Source of the DNA: Candidatus Multivoraceae bacterium
Lineage (GTDB): Bacteria; Acidobacteriota; Thermoanaerobaculia; Multivoradales; Multivoraceae
DNA: 64,000 nt
Direction of reading: 5' to 3'
Assembly (NCBI GenBank): GCA_965219625.1
Contig: OZ244782.1
Span: 2,343,551 to 2,407,550 of the forward strand
Shown here: positions 18,796 to 30,541 of the stretch, piece after piece
How the letters are laid out: every line of letters begins with the position of its first letter
How positions within the stretch are numbered: position 1 is the stretch's first letter
The notes under the pieces: model-generated
What the model was told of the DNA's origin: nothing
Databases searched by the model: none
The model's input: only the letters and a program-made list of their open reading frames with translations
Translations under genes and position numbers: made by a program

Positions 18796-19571
18796 CGGCG
18801 GCCGCGCAGACCCTCGCCGCGCCGGCCATCGACGTTGCGGATCTGGCGATTCGCTACAACGGACAGCTGGCGCTTTCGGGCGTCAGCCTCCAGGTTCCGC
18901 GGAACGAGATCTTCGGCGTCATCGGACCCGCGAACAGCGGCAAGACCTCGTTCCTTCGCGCGGTGAACCGGATGGACCTGCTGACCCCGGGGATGACCGT
19001 CGAGGGCAGCGTCGTCGTCGAGGGGAAGGACGTCCGAGGCTGGAGGAACCCCTACGCGCTTCGCCGGCGGATCGGCGTCGTGTTTCCCCTGCCGGTGGGT
19101 CTGCCGATGACGATCTACGAGAACGTCGCGCTGTCCGCCCGGCTCCGCGGCACGAGGAACAAGGCCGACTTGGACGTCCTCGTCGAGCGCTGCCTGCGCC
19201 GCGCTGCGCTGTGGGACGAGGTGAAGGACCGGCTCGACTCGCTGGGAAGCCTGCTCTCGGGCGGCCAGCAGCAGCGGTTGACGATCGCCCGGGCGCTGTC
19301 GCAGGAACCGTCGATCCTCCTGCTCGACGAGTTCTCCATCGCGGTCGATCCGGTGACCACGATGCGGATCGAGGAAGTGCTGGACGAGCTTCGCGCGGAG
19401 ATGACGATCGTCATGGTGACGAACCTGGTCCAGCAGGCGCGCCGCCTCGCCTCGCGGACGGCCTTCTTCCTGACCGGCGAGTTGGTCGAAGTCGGCGAGA
19501 CGGAGACGATGTTCGAGGGCGGTGCTCGGGATGCGCGGACCACCGCCTACCTCGAGGGCAGGTTCGGATGA
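18789..19571 (+). CDS. pstB: Phosphate import ATP-binding protein (first of two tandem PstB-like copies)
   Basis: GTG start overlapping the pstA stop; Walker A GPANSGKTS, signature LSGGQQQRLTIARAL, Walker B ILLLDEF; PstB-type N-terminus. Confidence 0.8.
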   Translation: MVAAAAQTLAAPAIDVADLAIRYNGQLALSGVSLQVPRNEIFGVIGPANSGKTSFLRAVNRMDLLTPGMTVEGSVVVEGKDVRGWRNPYALRRRIGVVFPLPVGLPMTIYENVALSARLRGTRNKADLDVLVERCLRRAALWDEVKDRLDSLGSLLSGGQQQRLTIARALSQEPSILLLDEFSIAVDPVTTMRIEEVLDELRAEMTIVMVTNLVQQARRLASRTAFFLTGELVEVGETETMFEGGARDARTTAYLEGRFG

Positions 19572-20374
19572 CCGCTTCGTCGACTCCCGTCGCCGCTGCG
19601 GCCGACGCGACCGCGGCGATTCTGGTGGAGAAGCTGAGTCTCTGGTACGGGGACTTCCAGGCGCTGTTCGACGTGGACTTGAGCGTGCGCGCCGGCGCGA
19701 TCACCTCCCTGATCGGCCCCTCGGGCTGCGGCAAGACGACGCTGCTCCGGTCGGTCAACCGGATCAACGAGCGCCTTGGGTACGTGCGGACGACCGGCGG
19801 CATTCGGCTGTGGGGGCTCGATGTCTACGATCCCTCGGTCGAGCTGGCCCAGCTCCGCAAGCAGGTCGGCATGGTCTTCCAGCGTCCGAACCCGTTGCCT
19901 CTCTCCGTCCGCGACAACGTCCTGTTCGGGACCCGGGTCCACCAGCCGGACGGGCGCCCATCGTCGAAGGCCGAGGGAGACCGGATCGTCGAGCAGGCGC
20001 TGCGCGACGTCCTGCTCTGGGACGAGTTGAAGGATGCGCTCGACCGGCCCGGCACCGAGCTCTCGCTCGAGCAGCAGCAGAAGCTGTGCATCGCGCGCCT
20101 GCTGCCGGTCAAGCCGAGACTTCTGCTGATGGACGAGCCTTGCTCGGCGCTCGACCCCGCCGGCACCGAGGCGGTCGAGGAGCTCATCTGGAAGCTCCGC
20201 GGCGACTACACCATCCTGATCGTCACCCACAACATGGCACAGGCGCGCCGGGCCAGCGAGGAATGCGTGTTCATGCTTCTCGGCAGGATCGTCGAGCACA
20301 GCGACACGGCCTCGATGTTCCTGAACCCCAGCGATCCCCAGACCGCCGCCTACATCGAGGGTCGCTACGGGTAG
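19567..20374 (+). CDS. pstB: Phosphate import ATP-binding protein (second copy)
   Basis: ATGA overlap with the upstream gene; LSLWYGDFQALFDVDLSV...GPSGCGKTTLLRSVNRINE is a canonical PstB N-terminus. Confidence 0.85.
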
Positions 20375-20753
20375 CGTGCGAGGCTGGACACGGACCGGTG
20401 ACCTCCCTCCGTCGTCAAGGGGCTGCGACGTGGGGGAGGCGCTCGATCGCTTCGTCGAACAGTCCCGTGCGCGGCATCGGACCGCGGCAACGCGAGCGCG
20501 CCTTCGGCCAAGGTCAGCATCGCCGCCGGAAGACTCAATTCGAACCCGCCTCGGCGCCGTGCAGTTCGACGACTCCCGTGTCGAACAGCGCTCGGGGGCG
20601 CTCGGCCGCCAGCAGGTCCAGCGAGCCGATGTGGTGCAGCTCGCCTTCTTCCGCCTTGCCGTAAGGCATCGTGAAGGTGCGGGTTCGCTTGAACGGATGC
20701 TGTGGATGAGCGCTCGAGAGAATGAGGCGTTGCATCGTGTCCCGGCGCCGTGC

Positions 20754-20794
20754 CATCATGTCGTCATTTTTCCTGGAAAAGTGACGACATCATG
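20754..20794. promoter_or_regulatory. 18-bp-arm inverted repeat (2 mismatches, 5-nt loop) overlapping the start of the AAA ATPase gene
   Basis: catcatgtcgtcattttt-cctgg-aaaagtgacgacatcatg; the right arm contains the ATG at 20792. Confidence 0.3.
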
Positions 20795-21952
20795 TACAAC
20801 CAAGCCTATTCGCGGCTGGCCCGACCTTCGAGTCGGAGTTTCTTCCTGCTCGGCGTTCGCGGAGTCGGCAAGAGCACGTGGGCACGCCGGGAGCTCGCCG
20901 AAGCGCACCGCATCGACCTGCTCGACGAGGCTCGTTATCAGGACTACCTGGTCGACCCGTCGCTGTTCGCCGCGGAGCTCCGCTCGGTTTCGCCGGGCTC
21001 CTGGGTCGTAGTGGACGAGATCCAGCGCCTGCCGAACCTGTTGAACGAGGTTCATCGCTTCATCGAGGAGCGTCGGCTGCGCTTTGCGCTCCTTGGCTCG
21101 AGCGCTCGCAAACTGAAGGCGGCGGGCGTGAACCTGCTCGCCGGCCGCGCCTTGCGCCGTACGATGCACCCACTGACGCCGGCCGAGCTAGGCGGTGACT
21201 TCGACCTCGAAACCGCCCTTCAGTTCGGGACGATTCCACTCATCTGGATGTCCGAGGACCATCGCTCGACGCTTGAGAGCTACGTTCAGCTCTACCTGCG
21301 CGAGGAGATCCGAGCAGAGGCACTGGTCAGGAACCTTGCCGGCTTCGGTCGTTTCCTGCCGGTTGCAGCTCTTTGCCACGGCGCTGCCGTGAACGTCTCG
21401 GGGCTCGCGCGGGACTGCGGCGTTTCCCGAACGACGGTGCAGGGCTATCTGGACATCCTGGAGGACACCCTGCTCGCGTATCGACTGCCGGCGTTCGAAG
21501 CGAAACTGCGCGTGCGCGAGCGCCGTCACCCGAAGCTCTATTGGGTGGATTCGGGGCTGGTTCGCGCGACGAAGCGGCTGTACGGCCCGGTTGCGCCCGA
21601 GGAGCGCGGAGCGCTGCTGGAAGGATGGGTGCTGCATCTGCTCAGGGCGCACGCGGAAGGAACGGACCTCTATGAGGCGATCCACTACTGGGGTTCTCAC
21701 TCCGCGGCGCAGACCGAGGTGGACTTTCTCCTCCGTCGCGGCCGGGAACTTCTGGCGATCGAAGTGAAGTCCCAGGCCAGATACAACACCGGTCTGCTGC
21801 GAGGACTGCGAGCGGTGGGTGCGCTGACCGGCGTTGTCCGGCGAGTTCTTCTGTACGGAGGCAGACGATCGTTCCGCACGGAAGACGGCATCGACGTCTG
21901 GACCTTCGCCCGGCTGCACCGGGCGCTGGAAGACGACGCGCTCTGGCCCTAG
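20792..21952 (+). CDS. AAA-family ATPase (AAA_14 + DUF4143-type)
   Basis: Walker A GVRGVGKST and Walker B-like VVVDEIQRLP; C-terminal region typical of DUF4143 proteins. GTG at 20750 is an alternative start. Confidence 0.7.
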   Translation: MYNQAYSRLARPSSRSFFLLGVRGVGKSTWARRELAEAHRIDLLDEARYQDYLVDPSLFAAELRSVSPGSWVVVDEIQRLPNLLNEVHRFIEERRLRFALLGSSARKLKAAGVNLLAGRALRRTMHPLTPAELGGDFDLETALQFGTIPLIWMSEDHRSTLESYVQLYLREEIRAEALVRNLAGFGRFLPVAALCHGAAVNVSGLARDCGVSRTTVQGYLDILEDTLLAYRLPAFEAKLRVRERRHPKLYWVDSGLVRATKRLYGPVAPEERGALLEGWVLHLLRAHAEGTDLYEAIHYWGSHSAAQTEVDFLLRRGRELLAIEVKSQARYNTGLLRGLRAVGALTGVVRRVLLYGGRRSFRTEDGIDVWTFARLHRALEDDALWP

Positions 21953-22000
21953 CAGCCCGTGGTGGAAGCGCGTGTCGCACCGAGAGCGGTCAGGCGCCCG
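21949..22000 (+). repeat. Partial copy (~52 bp, ~94% identical) of one end of the MITE-like element at 26825..26988; its CTAG supplies the stop of the upstream ATPase gene
   Basis: ctagcagcccgtggtggaagcgcgtgtcgcaccgagagcggtcaggcgcccg versus the reverse complement of 26935..26988, ctagcagcccgtggcggaagtgcgtgtcgcacggagagcggtcaggcgcccggg. Confidence 0.6.
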
Positions 22001-22082
22001 TCCAGCAAGACGGGGCTAAGCTGCGCCGCGCCCTGTGGCAACATGGGCATCGGTTCCCGAACTCCAGTCGAAGGAAAGTGGC

Positions 22083-23297
22083 ATGGGCAGGTACGGTCTG
22101 ACGGAAGAGGTGGTCGAACTCCGCGAACGGATGCGGGAGTTCATCGACGGCGAGGTCATCCCGGCCGAACCGGAGCTGGAATCCGAGTCCGGAGGCGATC
22201 GGAGCCGCGGCCGGTTGGCCGAACTCAAGTCGCTCGCCAAGCAGCGGGGCCTGTGGGCGCTCGGGCATCCCGCGGAGATCGGCGGCGGCGGGCTGCCGCT
22301 CATGCCCTTCGTCTACCTGAACGAGATGATCGGTCGTTCGCACTACGGCCAGGTCGCCGTCGGCTCGGCGTCGATGCAGGACTCGATCATGCTCCACCTG
22401 TACGCCAGCGACGAGCAGAAGGAGCGTTGGCTCAAGCCGCTCGTGGCGGGCGAGATCTACCCGTCCGTCGGCCTCACGGAGCCGGAAGTCGCCGGCTCCG
22501 ATCCAACCCTGATGCAGACGCGCGCGGTGCTGGACGGCGACGACTGGGTGATCAACGGGCACAAGTGGTTCACGAGCGGTGCCAGCCGGGCGGCCTTCAC
22601 GACCTGCTTCGCCCTGACCGAACCGGAGGCCCAGGGGCACCTGAAGTTCTCGTCGATCATCGTGCCTACCGATACGCCGGGCTACGAGATCGTGCGGGCC
22701 GTACCGACGATGGGCACGACGGCCGGTCAGCACTGCGAGGTGCGCTACAACGACGTCCGGGTGCCGAAGGAGAACTTGCTGGGTGGCCGGGGCGAGGGCT
22801 TCGTCATCGCCCAGAAGCGCCTGGGCCCGGGCCGGATCTTCCACTGCATGCGCTGGCTGGGACAGGCCCAGCGGGCCTTCGAACTGATGTGCGAACGGGC
22901 GAAGTCGCGCTGGGCGCATGGCTCCTACCTGTCCGAGAAGGGGGAGATCCAGCGCTTCATCGCCGAGTCTGCGGCGGAGATCCAGGCCGCGCGTCTGATG
23001 ACCCTCGACGCCGCGGAGGCGATGGATCGTGGCGAGCGGGCCCGGGTCGAGATCTCCTTGATCAAGTTCTGGGGAGCGCGAATGCTCCACAACGTGATCG
23101 ACCGCGCGATCCAGGTCCACGGGGCGCTGGGCGTGACGAGCGACACGCCGCTTGAGAAGATGTATCGGGAGGCGCGCTACGCGCGGCTCTACGACGGCCC
23201 GGACGAGGTCCATCGCATGGTTGTCGCGAGACGCATCCTGCGCGACCCGCTGGGCCGCGTTCCTTGGGGCAGGCTCGGTCGTGGCGAGGAGGAGTAG
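22083..23297 (+). CDS. Acyl-CoA dehydrogenase family protein
   Basis: ACAD three-domain architecture; …YPSVGLTEPEVAGSDP…, …GHKWFTSGA…, C-terminal …QVHGALGVTSDTPLEKMYREARYARLYDGPDEV…. Confidence 0.85.
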   Translation: MGRYGLTEEVVELRERMREFIDGEVIPAEPELESESGGDRSRGRLAELKSLAKQRGLWALGHPAEIGGGGLPLMPFVYLNEMIGRSHYGQVAVGSASMQDSIMLHLYASDEQKERWLKPLVAGEIYPSVGLTEPEVAGSDPTLMQTRAVLDGDDWVINGHKWFTSGASRAAFTTCFALTEPEAQGHLKFSSIIVPTDTPGYEIVRAVPTMGTTAGQHCEVRYNDVRVPKENLLGGRGEGFVIAQKRLGPGRIFHCMRWLGQAQRAFELMCERAKSRWAHGSYLSEKGEIQRFIAESAAEIQAARLMTLDAAEAMDRGERARVEISLIKFWGARMLHNVIDRAIQVHGALGVTSDTPLEKMYREARYARLYDGPDEVHRMVVARRILRDPLGRVPWGRLGRGEEE

Positions 23298-23298
23298 C

Positions 23299-24672
23299 TT
23301 GCGCCTCGGTGCGCGCCCGATCCTCGCGGCGGCGAGTCTCGCCGGCCTTGGAGCCGGCTGCGCGAGTCCGCCGCCAATGACCGCGCAGCTGCGAGCCGCC
23401 GCCGCCGCGGTCGAGATCACGCCGCCGGCCGGCTCGCTCCTTTATGGCTACGGCGCCCGGGGGACGAACCGGTCGGAGGGAGTCCACGATCCGCTCCATG
23501 CGCGAGCCCTCGTGCTTGAGGCAGGCGGCGAGACGGTTGCCGTCGTGACGCTCGATCTCGGCTCGGTCCGCAAGGAGAACACCCTGCACGTGAGACAGGC
23601 GGTGCGCGACGCGGCGGGCTTCGACCACGTTCTGTTGAACGCTTCGCATACGCACTCCGCTCCGCTCTTCGAAGCGGACTTTCCGAGCGCCGAGCGGCCC
23701 TGGGTCGCTGAGCTGGAGCGCAAGATCGCGGACGTGGTGCTCGAGGCCCATGCCGCGCTCCGCCCGGCCCGCGTCGCGGTGGGGTGGGGCCGGGCGAGCG
23801 AGGGGCACAACCGGCGCCGCGTGTTCGTCGACGGCAGCGTGGAGATGTTCTGGCGCAACCGGGAGCGACTGCCGACCGCGCCGCTCGACGAGTCCGTCGG
23901 CGTGCTTGCAGTCGACGGCGCGGACGGCGAACCGATCGCAACCCTGGTCAACTTCGCCGTTCACCCGGTCATCCTGGGGCCTGAGAACATGCTTCTTTCG
24001 GCCGATTATCCCGGCGCGATGGCGGCTCTCTTGGCGGATAGGGGCGTCGGTCTGCCGATGTTCCTGCAGGGCGCCGCCGGCGACATCAATCCGTTCTGGG
24101 ACAAGACGCCGCCCGAGGAAGGCGGTTTCGAGCAGGTACGGATGGCGGGAGAGCGGCTGGGGCAGGAGGTTCTGCGGATTCGCGCCGAGCTGATAGCGGC
24201 CGAGGCCCTTCACGACCCAGGCGCCCTGTCGGTCCGGCGCCACCTGGTCACCCTCGAGCCGCGCTGGGACCTCGACTCTCCGGTGGTCGAGGAGGGATTC
24301 CGGCGCTACGGGCTGGAGGCCTCGCTCCAGAGGTATCGCGCTCGCTTTCCCCGCGAGCGGGAGGCCGAGGTGAATACCCTGGTGCTCGGCACACGCGGTG
24401 AACGGCAGTTCGCCCTCGCCACCTTCCCGGGCGAGTTCTTCGTCGAACACCAGCTTCGCCTGCGCGCCGCGAGTCAGGTGCCCCACGTCTTCTTCGCTGG
24501 CTACACGAACGGCGAACTCGCGTACTTCCCGACGATCGCCGCCGCCGCTCAGGGCGGCTACGGCGGCAGGGAGGCGACGATCGTCGAGGTCGGCGCCGGC
24601 GAGAAGCTGGTCGACCTGGCGGCGATCTCGATCCTCGAACAGGCCGGCTGGCTGCACGACGCACTGCCGTAA
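23299..24672 (+). CDS. Neutral/alkaline ceramidase-like lipoprotein (N-terminal ceramidase domain family)
   Basis: Probable TTG start one base after the ACAD stop; lipobox-like LAGLGAGC; the motif …LNASHTHSAP… and overall similarity to neutral-ceramidase N-domain proteins. Start codon uncertain. Confidence 0.5.
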   Translation: MRLGARPILAAASLAGLGAGCASPPPMTAQLRAAAAAVEITPPAGSLLYGYGARGTNRSEGVHDPLHARALVLEAGGETVAVVTLDLGSVRKENTLHVRQAVRDAAGFDHVLLNASHTHSAPLFEADFPSAERPWVAELERKIADVVLEAHAALRPARVAVGWGRASEGHNRRRVFVDGSVEMFWRNRERLPTAPLDESVGVLAVDGADGEPIATLVNFAVHPVILGPENMLLSADYPGAMAALLADRGVGLPMFLQGAAGDINPFWDKTPPEEGGFEQVRMAGERLGQEVLRIRAELIAAEALHDPGALSVRRHLVTLEPRWDLDSPVVEEGFRRYGLEASLQRYRARFPREREAEVNTLVLGTRGERQFALATFPGEFFVEHQLRLRAASQVPHVFFAGYTNGELAYFPTIAAAAQGGYGGREATIVEVGAGEKLVDLAAISILEQAGWLHDALP

Positions 24673-24855
24673 GGGCGCCTATCCGCGGCCGCGTTCTCGA
24701 ATCCGCGGCTTGGCGATTGAACTCCTCGGACGGTTGGACGCGCGGTTTCGTTCACAGAGACGCAAGAACCGGCTACTGTTGCCGTTCTTGGCGACGATGC
24801 TTGGGCCTCTTCAGGGCCCTGTTCCGGTTTCGCGTTCTCTGAGGGAATCCGACGC

Positions 24856-26808
<1,953 letters not shown>

Positions 26809-26824
26809 GTCGCTGAGCTAGCTG

Positions 26825-26988
26825 CTAGCAGCCCGTGGCGAACGTCGCGCTCGATGCGATCGGCCATGCATCCCGTCCAGCATCGTTGCTTTTCGGTCGA
26901 AGTTGGCCCGATATGCTCCCTCATCGCGCCGCTTCCCGGGCGCCTGACCGCTCTCCGTGCGACACGCACTTCCGCCACGGGCTGCTAG
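26825..26988. mobile_element. MITE-like miniature element (~164 bp) bounded by perfect 16-bp terminal inverted repeats ctagcagcccgtggcg / cgccacgggctgctag
   Basis: Left TIR 26825..26840 and right TIR 26973..26988 are exact reverse complements. No ORF inside. The terminal CTAG of the right end provides the TAG stop (26985..26987, minus strand) of the porin gene. A related half-copy sits at 21949..22000. Confidence 0.5.
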
Positions 26989-28229
26989 AAGTCGAGGTTG
27001 AGCAACAGTCCGAGATGTTCGACCGATCCGGCGCCGTCCGCGTTGGTGGACACGTAGTTCGTCAGAACCCTCAGGTTGCTTCGCAGGTACCAGTTGAGTG
27101 CCAGGGTCAGACTCTGCTGGCGGCCGCCCGGGCCGGCGCCGTCGCTCAGGTCGATGCGATCCCAGCGGGCGGCGAGTTCCCAGGCGCCTCTGCCCTTCGG
27201 CACGGGCGCCCTGGGACTCAGCCGGGTGAACGTCCGCGTACTGCGGCTGTAGGGTCTCCTTTCGCCGGTAAGGAACCAGCCCGCCTCGAGATACTGAGCG
27301 TCGAAGCGGAGAGTCCGGCTGGCGGCCAGGAGGTCCACTCGAGCGGCCAGCAGTTCACCTTGCAGCCAGAAGGAGCGCCGTGCGAGCGCCAACTCGGCGC
27401 CCGCCAGCTGCAGGGTATCGGCCGCCAGCCGTCCGCTGTCGACCCTGCTGGGCAGGGGCCGCGGGCGGACGCCGTCGGCCGGCCACATCGTGTCCCCGGC
27501 GGGTTCGCGATGCGCGAGGCCCAAGCCGAGGTGGAGCAAGAGCTGGGCGTCGACCTCGCCGTCCCGGGCGAGGCCGGTCACGCGGCCGCTCAGGCTCCAG
27601 TCGGAGCCGGGCCGCACATCGTAGCCGTCGCTGTCGCGAAAGGCGCCGACGGCCCAGGCGACGCGATCTCCGGCGAGTCGGTCATGGATCATCAGGCCCA
27701 GGTTGCGGCCCGGCGCCAGAGCGGTGGCCGCCACCGGACGCGCGATGAAGGGGTAGTGGTTGGACGACTGGAGAATCGAGAGGCTGAACGGCTCCTTGAA
27801 GTGTCCGACGCGGACGCTCGCTCTGCCCTGGCCTTGCGTTGCCTCGAGGAACACCTCCGTTGGCAGGAGGTCGCCGTTCGCGATGTCATGCTCGATCTTG
27901 AAGGTGAGTCGATCCAGGAACCTGCCCTCCAGCAGCAGGCGGGCGCGTCGCCAGTCGATGCCGTTCTCGAACTCGAACCGTTCCGCCAGAGCCGGCTCGG
28001 AGGAGGACGTTCCGGCTTCGACGTGGACTCTCCCACCGACGTCGACGGCGAACGTCCCGTCGTCGGTCTCTGCGGCGGCGCCCCCGCCGATGAGAAACAA
28101 CCCCGCCAGTGCCGGGCCTCGGAGCACGCTCTGGCCTCGCCGGTTCCGACCGCGGCGCCGCCGCCGGTACGGGTCGCTTTCCCGTCGGCTGCTCTCCCGG
28201 CTGGGCCCTTGGTCAAGATCTGCAGGCAA
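26985..28229 (-). CDS. Phosphate-selective porin O/P (OprO/OprP family)
   Basis: Signal-like N-terminal region, beta-barrel with C-terminal …LLNLDF; similarity to the Porin_O_P family; sits divergent from phoB inside the Pho cluster. N-terminal start uncertain. Confidence 0.65.
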   Translation of the reverse strand: MPADLDQGPSRESSRRESDPYRRRRRGRNRRGQSVLRGPALAGLFLIGGGAAAETDDGTFAVDVGGRVHVEAGTSSSEPALAERFEFENGIDWRRARLLLEGRFLDRLTFKIEHDIANGDLLPTEVFLEATQGQGRASVRVGHFKEPFSLSILQSSNHYPFIARPVAATALAPGRNLGLMIHDRLAGDRVAWAVGAFRDSDGYDVRPGSDWSLSGRVTGLARDGEVDAQLLLHLGLGLAHREPAGDTMWPADGVRPRPLPSRVDSGRLAADTLQLAGAELALARRSFWLQGELLAARVDLLAASRTLRFDAQYLEAGWFLTGERRPYSRSTRTFTRLSPRAPVPKGRGAWELAARWDRIDLSDGAGPGGRQQSLTLALNWYLRSNLRVLTNYVSTNADGAGSVEHLGLLLNLDF

Positions 28230-28285
28230 CGTGAAGAATCCACGGGCAGGTCGCGGTTGTTCGACCGGTGATGCGGGAGCTCGGC

Positions 28286-28307
28286 TTTATCGCCCGTTCA
28301 CAACCGG
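28286..28307 (+). promoter_or_regulatory. Candidate Pho box in the divergent porin / phoB intergenic region
   Basis: TTTATCG-CCCG-TTCACAA-CCGG has the same 7+4 periodic direct-repeat pattern as the motif upstream of pstS. Confidence 0.3.
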
Positions 28308-28362
28308 GAGACTAACCTTGACGCTCGAGGGCGCGATGCGGGCGAAGCGCGGGAGCGATCGA

Positions 28363-29058
28363 ATGACCGGAAGAAAGGTGGTCGTCGTTGAAGACGACCC
28401 CGACATTCTTGAGTTGATCGAGTACAACCTGCGACGGGAAGGCCTCGAGGTGGCGACCGCCACGAATGGGAGGAGCGGCCTGGCGGTCATCGGTCGGGAA
28501 CGGCCGGACCTCGTTCTGCTCGACCTGATGCTGCCCGGTCTCGACGGACTCGACGTCTGCCGCCGGTTGCGTGCCGTCGAATCGACCCGCGATCTGCCGA
28601 TCATCATCGTCACGGCGCGCGGGGAGGAGCAGGACGTCGTCCGGGGGCTCTCCGCCGGCGCGGACGACTACGTCCACAAGCCCTTCAGTCCGCGAGAGCT
28701 CCTTGCCCGAGTGGAGGCGGTGCTCCGGCGCGGCCCCCTGCGCGAGCGCGAAGCGGAACGCCGGGTCACCCAAGGGCCGCTCGAGATCGACCCGGTCAAG
28801 CACCGGGTCCGGGTCGAGGGGCGGCGGCTCGAATTCACGCCGACCGAGTTCCGATTGCTGCTGGTGCTCGCGTCGCATCCAGGGCGCGTGTTCACTCGCT
28901 CCCAGCTCGTTGATCGGGCGATCGGCGATCGGGTGATCGTCATCGACCGGAACATCGACGTCCACGTCCGGGCGGTACGAAAGAAGCTGGGGCCCCACCG
29001 GGACCTGATCGAGACGGTGCGCGGCATCGGCTACCGTTTTGCCGAAGGCGAGGAGTAA
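28363..29058 (+). CDS. phoB: Phosphate regulon response regulator (OmpR/PhoB family)
   Basis: MTGRKVVVVEDDPDILELIEYNL…DLVLLDLMLPGLDGLDVCRRLR… receiver domain with conserved Asp; C-terminal winged helix (…IETVRGIGYRF). An ATG at 28336 is an alternative start. Confidence 0.8.
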   Translation: MTGRKVVVVEDDPDILELIEYNLRREGLEVATATNGRSGLAVIGRERPDLVLLDLMLPGLDGLDVCRRLRAVESTRDLPIIIVTARGEEQDVVRGLSAGADDYVHKPFSPRELLARVEAVLRRGPLREREAERRVTQGPLEIDPVKHRVRVEGRRLEFTPTEFRLLLVLASHPGRVFTRSQLVDRAIGDRVIVIDRNIDVHVRAVRKKLGPHRDLIETVRGIGYRFAEGEE

Positions 29059-29103
29059 CCGCCGCAGCCCCCGGCTCGGCGCCGATTCGCACTGGAACTT
29101 CGG

Positions 29104-30531
29104 ATGATCCGCTCTCCTCTCTTCTGGCGGCTGGCCCTGAGCGGGATCGGGCTGCTCATCCTCGGTGCGGTCCTTGGTGCAGGGCTGGTCGGGGGCCGGG
29201 GTCTGCTTGCCAGCGGCGTCCTGGCGGCGGCCGGAGTCCTTCTCGTCCTGTTCGGCGCCGGCAGGCTCTCGGGTCGTACCCGGCGGCTGCTCGCGAAGGC
29301 GTCTGCACTCGGCGGCCCAGAGACCGGGCCCGAGGCCCCGGCGCCGACGCCTCCCGGCGACGAATTCGCGCTGCTCGAGGAGCGGCTCGAGGCGGAGAGC
29401 GGGCGTTTGCGGCGTGAGGTCGAGAAGCTCGAGGCCGACCGCAACCGGTTGACGGCCGTGTTCAGCGGGATGGTCGAAGGAGTCGTCGCGATCGACTCTG
29501 ACCGCCGGGTCATCCACCTGAACGCCGTCGCCGCCGAGCGGTTCGGGAGCTTGGGACCTGCTTCGGCGGTCGGTCGTTCAATCTACGAGCTGTCGCGTCA
29601 GCCGGAGATTGCGGGCGCCCTGATCGAGGCGATGGAGAAGCGGCGCCAGATCAGCCGGACGTATCGCAGTCCGTCGACCTTCGGCGAGCAGCGCGAGAGG
29701 CGGAAGTTCGAGTTGAACGCGTCACCGTTGCTGGCGGTGCGGGCCGGCGGCGAGCAGGTCGACGGCGCCGTCCTGGTCATCCATGACGTTTCGGAGCTTG
29801 AGCGGCTCGAGGGTATGCGCCGCGACTTCGTGTCGAACGTCTCCCACGAACTGAAGACGCCGCTCACGGCCATCCACGGCTTCGTCGAGACACTGCTCGA
29901 GATGGAGCGAACGGGTCGCAGGGATCGCGCGAGGCGGCGTCGCTTTCTGCGGAAGATCCGGAAGCAGAGCAAGCGGCTGGGCGCCCTGGTCTCGGACCTC
30001 CTGACACTGTCGAGGATCGAGTCCGCGACCGGGAATCCCGGGGAACTCGTCGATCTCGGAGCGGCCGTCGACGACGTCCTCAGCCTGCTCGTCCCGACCG
30101 GAGAGGAACGCGGCCTGGACGTCAGATTGGCGCGTCCCGAGGACCCGGTGACCGTTCGAGGCGAGGAAGAAGCGATTCGCCAAGCGCTGTCGAACCTGGT
30201 CGACAACGCGGTCAAGTACTCGCCGTGCGGCGGTCGCGTCGAGGTTCGCCTTCATGCCGGGAATGGCCGCGCGCTACTCGAAGTGGAGGACCATGGGCCC
30301 GGGATCGCGTCGGAACATCTGGACCGGATCTTCGAGCGTTTCTACCGCGTCGACCGGGCGCGTTCGCGGGAGCTCGGCGGTACCGGCCTCGGCTTGTCCA
30401 TCGTCAAGAACGTCGTTGAGCGCCACGGCGGCGGGGTGGAGGTGGAGAGCGAGCCGGGCCGGGGCTCGACGTTCCGCTTCTGGTTGCCGACGTCGGGACC
30501 CGCAACGGACTCGGGTAGGGCGGCAGGTTAG
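29104..30531 (+). CDS. phoR: Phosphate regulon sensor histidine kinase
   Basis: Two N-terminal TM segments; H-box SHELKTPLTAIHGF; N, G1, G2 boxes (…DHGPGIASEHLDRIFERFYRVD…GGTGLGLSIVK…). Confidence 0.8.
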   Translation: MIRSPLFWRLALSGIGLLILGAVLGAGLVGGRGLLASGVLAAAGVLLVLFGAGRLSGRTRRLLAKASALGGPETGPEAPAPTPPGDEFALLEERLEAESGRLRREVEKLEADRNRLTAVFSGMVEGVVAIDSDRRVIHLNAVAAERFGSLGPASAVGRSIYELSRQPEIAGALIEAMEKRRQISRTYRSPSTFGEQRERRKFELNASPLLAVRAGGEQVDGAVLVIHDVSELERLEGMRRDFVSNVSHELKTPLTAIHGFVETLLEMERTGRRDRARRRRFLRKIRKQSKRLGALVSDLLTLSRIESATGNPGELVDLGAAVDDVLSLLVPTGEERGLDVRLARPEDPVTVRGEEEAIRQALSNLVDNAVKYSPCGGRVEVRLHAGNGRALLEVEDHGPGIASEHLDRIFERFYRVDRARSRELGGTGLGLSIVKNVVERHGGGVEVESEPGRGSTFRFWLPTSGPATDSGRAAG

Positions 30532-30541
30532 GCTCTAGCGC

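Noticed and set aside
20535-20759. 74-aa minus-strand ORF (…FTMPYGKAEEGELHHIGSLDLLAAERPRALFDTGVVELHGAEAG) in the pstB / AAA ATPase spacer, and the overlapping 211-aa plus-strand ORF 20376..21011
   Set aside because: No recognisable family, no clear RBS, and mutual overlap. It could be a decayed gene fragment, but the evidence is insufficient to call a CDS or pseudogene.
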